From Chiloscyllium plagiosum (lineage: Eukaryota), in assembly GCF_004010195.1 (NCBI RefSeq), contig NC_057750.1:17518499-17582498 (forward strand): 64,000 bases of DNA. Direction: 5' to 3'. A program made the translations under genes and the position numbers. Below are positions 61,050-64,000 of this stretch, one piece after another (position 1 is the stretch's first letter; every line of letters starts with the position of its first letter). The notes beneath the pieces were generated by a model. It made no database searches. It had not been told where the DNA came from and was given only the letters and a program-made list of their open reading frames with translations.

Positions 61050-61235
61050 ACTGGTCATGCTGTCTGAGGGACCAACGTTGACCAGGACACTTCCCTGCTC
61101 CTCTTTGAAGCTGCATCAATAAAATCTTTGTATCCACCAGAGAGTGCATAGGGAGCCTTCATTTAATGCCATACCTGAATGGTGGTACATGTGACAGTGC
61201 AGCAGACCCTCAGTACTGCATTGACTGTCAGCTGA
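61050..61235 (-). mobile_element. Deu-SINE relic
   Basis: ACCAGGACAC..CCCTGCTCCTCTTTGAA..TGACAGTGCAGCAGACCCTCAGTACTGCA. Confidence 0.6.
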
Positions 61236-61501
61236 GATTTTTTTTAAAAAATCTTTAATGGCAGTGGGAGTTGCTCGCAAGGCCGGGAGCTGTGGCCCAT
61301 CCTAAATGACCCAGGAACTGGAGTCGTTTCACAGGGCAGTTCTGAGTCAGCCAGATTGGTGTGGATTTGAAGTCCTGTGTAGGTCAGACAAGGAGGACAG
61401 ACTTCCTGCCTCGAAAGGAACGTCAGTCAATCAGATTGTTACAACAATCAATGATACTTTCACGGTCACCATGGTGGAGATTTATTTTCAAATCATATAA
61501 T

Positions 61502-61840
61502 TATAGAATCCTTACAGTGCAGGAAGAGACTGACTGGGCTTGAGTCTGAGTCTGAGACCCTGAGTCAGTACTGGCCACCCAGACCCAACACCACACCATC
61601 CCCCCCAAATCCTGTACATTTTGATTGTTTACCATGGTTATTCCACCTAACCAGCACATTCTTGGACAAAATGGGACAATTTGCCATAGACAGTTTACCT
61701 GCACACCTTTGGACTGTGGGAAAAAACTGGAGCACCCAGAGGAAACCCGCACAGATACAGGAAAACTTAGCAAACTGCACACAGACGATCGCCCAAGGCT
61801 GGAATCGATGGCGCTGTGAGGCAGCAGTGCTAACCATGAT
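61502..61840 (-). mobile_element. Diverged HE1-like SINE
   Basis: AGAATCCTTACAGTGCAGG tail, TGTGGGAAAAAACTGGAGCACCCAGAGG, GAGGCAGCAGTGCTAACC. Confidence 0.8.
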
Positions 61841-62416
61841 GTTACAATGCACCTTTGAAGCAAATGGGACACGAACCAGGTCTCTTCGCTCAGAGGTGGC
61901 TTTGTGGTATTGTGGGAAACATTTTAAAAATGCCTGATGTGAAAATTGGCCATACTCCTGGGTTATAGATCAGTAAGTTAAAAAGGGCAGTGGTGAAAGG
62001 TCAGAAACAGTGAACATGACACAGGCTGAATGCAGACAAAATCTCCAACCTTATAATGGCTCCTTGTATATTTTGAACTGCAGATTTTAACTGAAATAAA
62101 ACATCCGTACACAGAAACAAAGTTATGGAACACTGTAACAGATGACAACCATTTCATGATAATCTGTCACTTCTCAGCATGTTTTAAAGGTATATAAATG
62201 TTATTCTTTCTTGTTACTTGTAAAGGTGCAAAAAACATGGAGAGCCTACGAAACTTTTGTCTCTCTCCTCTCTTATGTTTTTTAGCCAAAAATCTGCATG
62301 CATTTTTTTAAAATAAAGGCTGAACATTTTTCAGTTCAAGGTTGTTTCTGAATCTTTGTCTAACGTGTTGATTTAGCTCTCACAGATCCCTGCTAATTAA
62401 AATCTGATTCAACAAT

Positions 62417-62712
62417 GGCACAGTGGCTCAGTGGTTAGCACTGCTGCCTCACAGCACCAGGGACCTGGGTTCAATTCCAGCCTCGGGTGACTGTCTGTGT
62501 GTTTCTCCCCATGTCTGTGTGGGTTTCTTCCTGCAGTCACAAAGATGTGCAGGTTGGGTGAGTTGGCCATGCTAAATTGCCCATAGTGTCTATAGGTTAG
62601 ATGCATTTGTGAGGGGTAAATATAGGGGAATGGGTCTGGGTAGGGTACAGTTTGGAGCGTTGGCGTAGACTTGTTGGGCCCAAGGGCCTGTTTCCACACT
62701 GTAGGAAGTTTA
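62417..62712 (+). mobile_element. HE1-like SINE
   Basis: GGCACAGTGGCTCAGTGG head, GGTTCAATTCC B box, GGGCCCAAGGGCCTGTTTCCACACTGT tail. Confidence 0.9.
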
Positions 62713-62973
62713 ATCCTAAAACGGTCTGGTTAGCTCAGATGGCTGCTTTGCAGTGCATAGTAAGGCCAGTAGCTCAGCTTCCATTCCTGCATTTGTGAGG
62801 GGTAAATATAGGGGAATGGGTCTGGGTAGGGTACAGTTTGGAGCGTTGGCGTGGACTTGTTGGGCCCAAGGGCCTGTTTCCACACTGTAGGAAGTTTAAT
62901 CCTAAAATGGTCTGGTTAGCTCAGATGGCTGCTTTGCAGTGCATAGTAAGGCCAGTAGCTCAGCTTCCATTCC
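62602..62973. repeat. 186-bp tandem duplication (SINE 3' half plus flank)
   Basis: 62602-62787 nearly identical to 62788-62973. Confidence 0.92.
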
Positions 62974-64000
62974 GGCACTGGTTAAGTTTTCCACGAAGGA
63001 CTCTGTTTCTCCAGCTCTCCCCTTGCCTGAGGCATGAATCACCTGCAGCACCCTCCATTTTGCTTTGAACTCTGTGGAGTTGAGGCTTGTGTACCCTTTC
63101 TGACTCAGGTGCAGGCAGGCAAAAATCTGACCTCAGCGAGCACTCAATCCTTTGATGTCAGGCTATCGAGTATTTCGTGATAAGGGAAATGACGTATCAA
63201 GTTGCCAGGCCTCCAGGATTCTATAATGAAAGATTAATCTTGACAATGTTACTATGAGAAACCCAGGAGAAAAGGAAATCAGGGGGCAATAAAAATGGGT
63301 CGTTTTTTTCATTTTCGTTTTCACTTTCAATAAAGAAATCGTGCTGCTTGACAGTCTGGAGCAGTTGGAGGCAAGAATTAATGGGATGAGAACTGTCAGG
63401 AATTCATCCAACTGATGTTGGCAGTCCTGATGATGTAAAAACACTTTTTAGGTGGTATTGTACAGGAATCTGGCAGAGGGCTAGCATGGCTGTGATTGTT
63501 TCCTGGCAAATGTGCATCGTGTGTCTCCCTCAGCACTGTGACCGGTTGCCGAGAGATTAGCTAAGCTACGTAAAGCCTGCATTTCATTCCAGCCATCATC
63601 AGGCTGAGGACTCGGATGAGCCAGAGCCAGAGTTTCGAAGGCGTTCCATTAGCACTGCTCAATTATCAGTGAGTCATTGCTCTATCTTTCACTGTCGCCC
63701 ACCCAACATCACATCATCTCTAAACTCCCTCATTTCTTGTCAGTTTTCAGGCTGAGATGTTGTTTATGCATGGCCTGTTCCAACCATCCTACTCCCCAGC
63801 TCGCTTTACTCCAATGCCTTCTCAGCTAAAGTTTCCCCCTCTGTTTTTCTCCCCAGAGAGAGCTGGTGTTTCTGGGTAATTAGCCCACAGTCCTTTTCTC
63901 ACCCAAGTGGCTGCATTCATGTGTGAGCTTTGGAAGGGGGCACAGTGCAGGGGCTCATGGGGAAGAGGGTTCAGTGAATGGGGGATGGAGGAAGGGGGGG

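Overview
Repeat-dominated, non-coding eukaryotic DNA from a cartilaginous fish. The repeat set (HE1-type V-SINEs with (AGATT)n/(AATCT)n tails, CR1/HER1-like LINEs, Deu- and LF-SINE-like relics, Penelope-like elements) points to a shark, plausibly a bamboo/carpet shark; this is inferred, not searched. I can support no host protein-coding exon: nearly all ORF-track entries are transposon remnants or microsatellite artefacts. Contents: two long decayed CR1 LINEs (2930-6035 +, 51166-55610 -), a CR1 5'UTR/ORF1 piece, a Tx1/L1 3' end, about 16 HE1 SINEs, two related LTR-like segments, a Tc1/pogo-type MITE swollen by a 28-bp minisatellite, and a 5.2-kb array of a 32-bp unit. The most notable signal is about 20 minimal hammerhead-ribozyme motifs (CUGANGA-N-stemII-GAAA-NN-UH) from four different Penelope-derived families, several with intact cores. 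Many sit in short fold-back insertions with their own target-site duplications. There is also a near-perfect 163-bp templated inverted insertion (59169-59767), several local duplications, and a few repeat-free islands that may be enhancers. Repeat boundaries were read by eye and are approximate (about 10-30 bp) unless a TSD or TIR is given.
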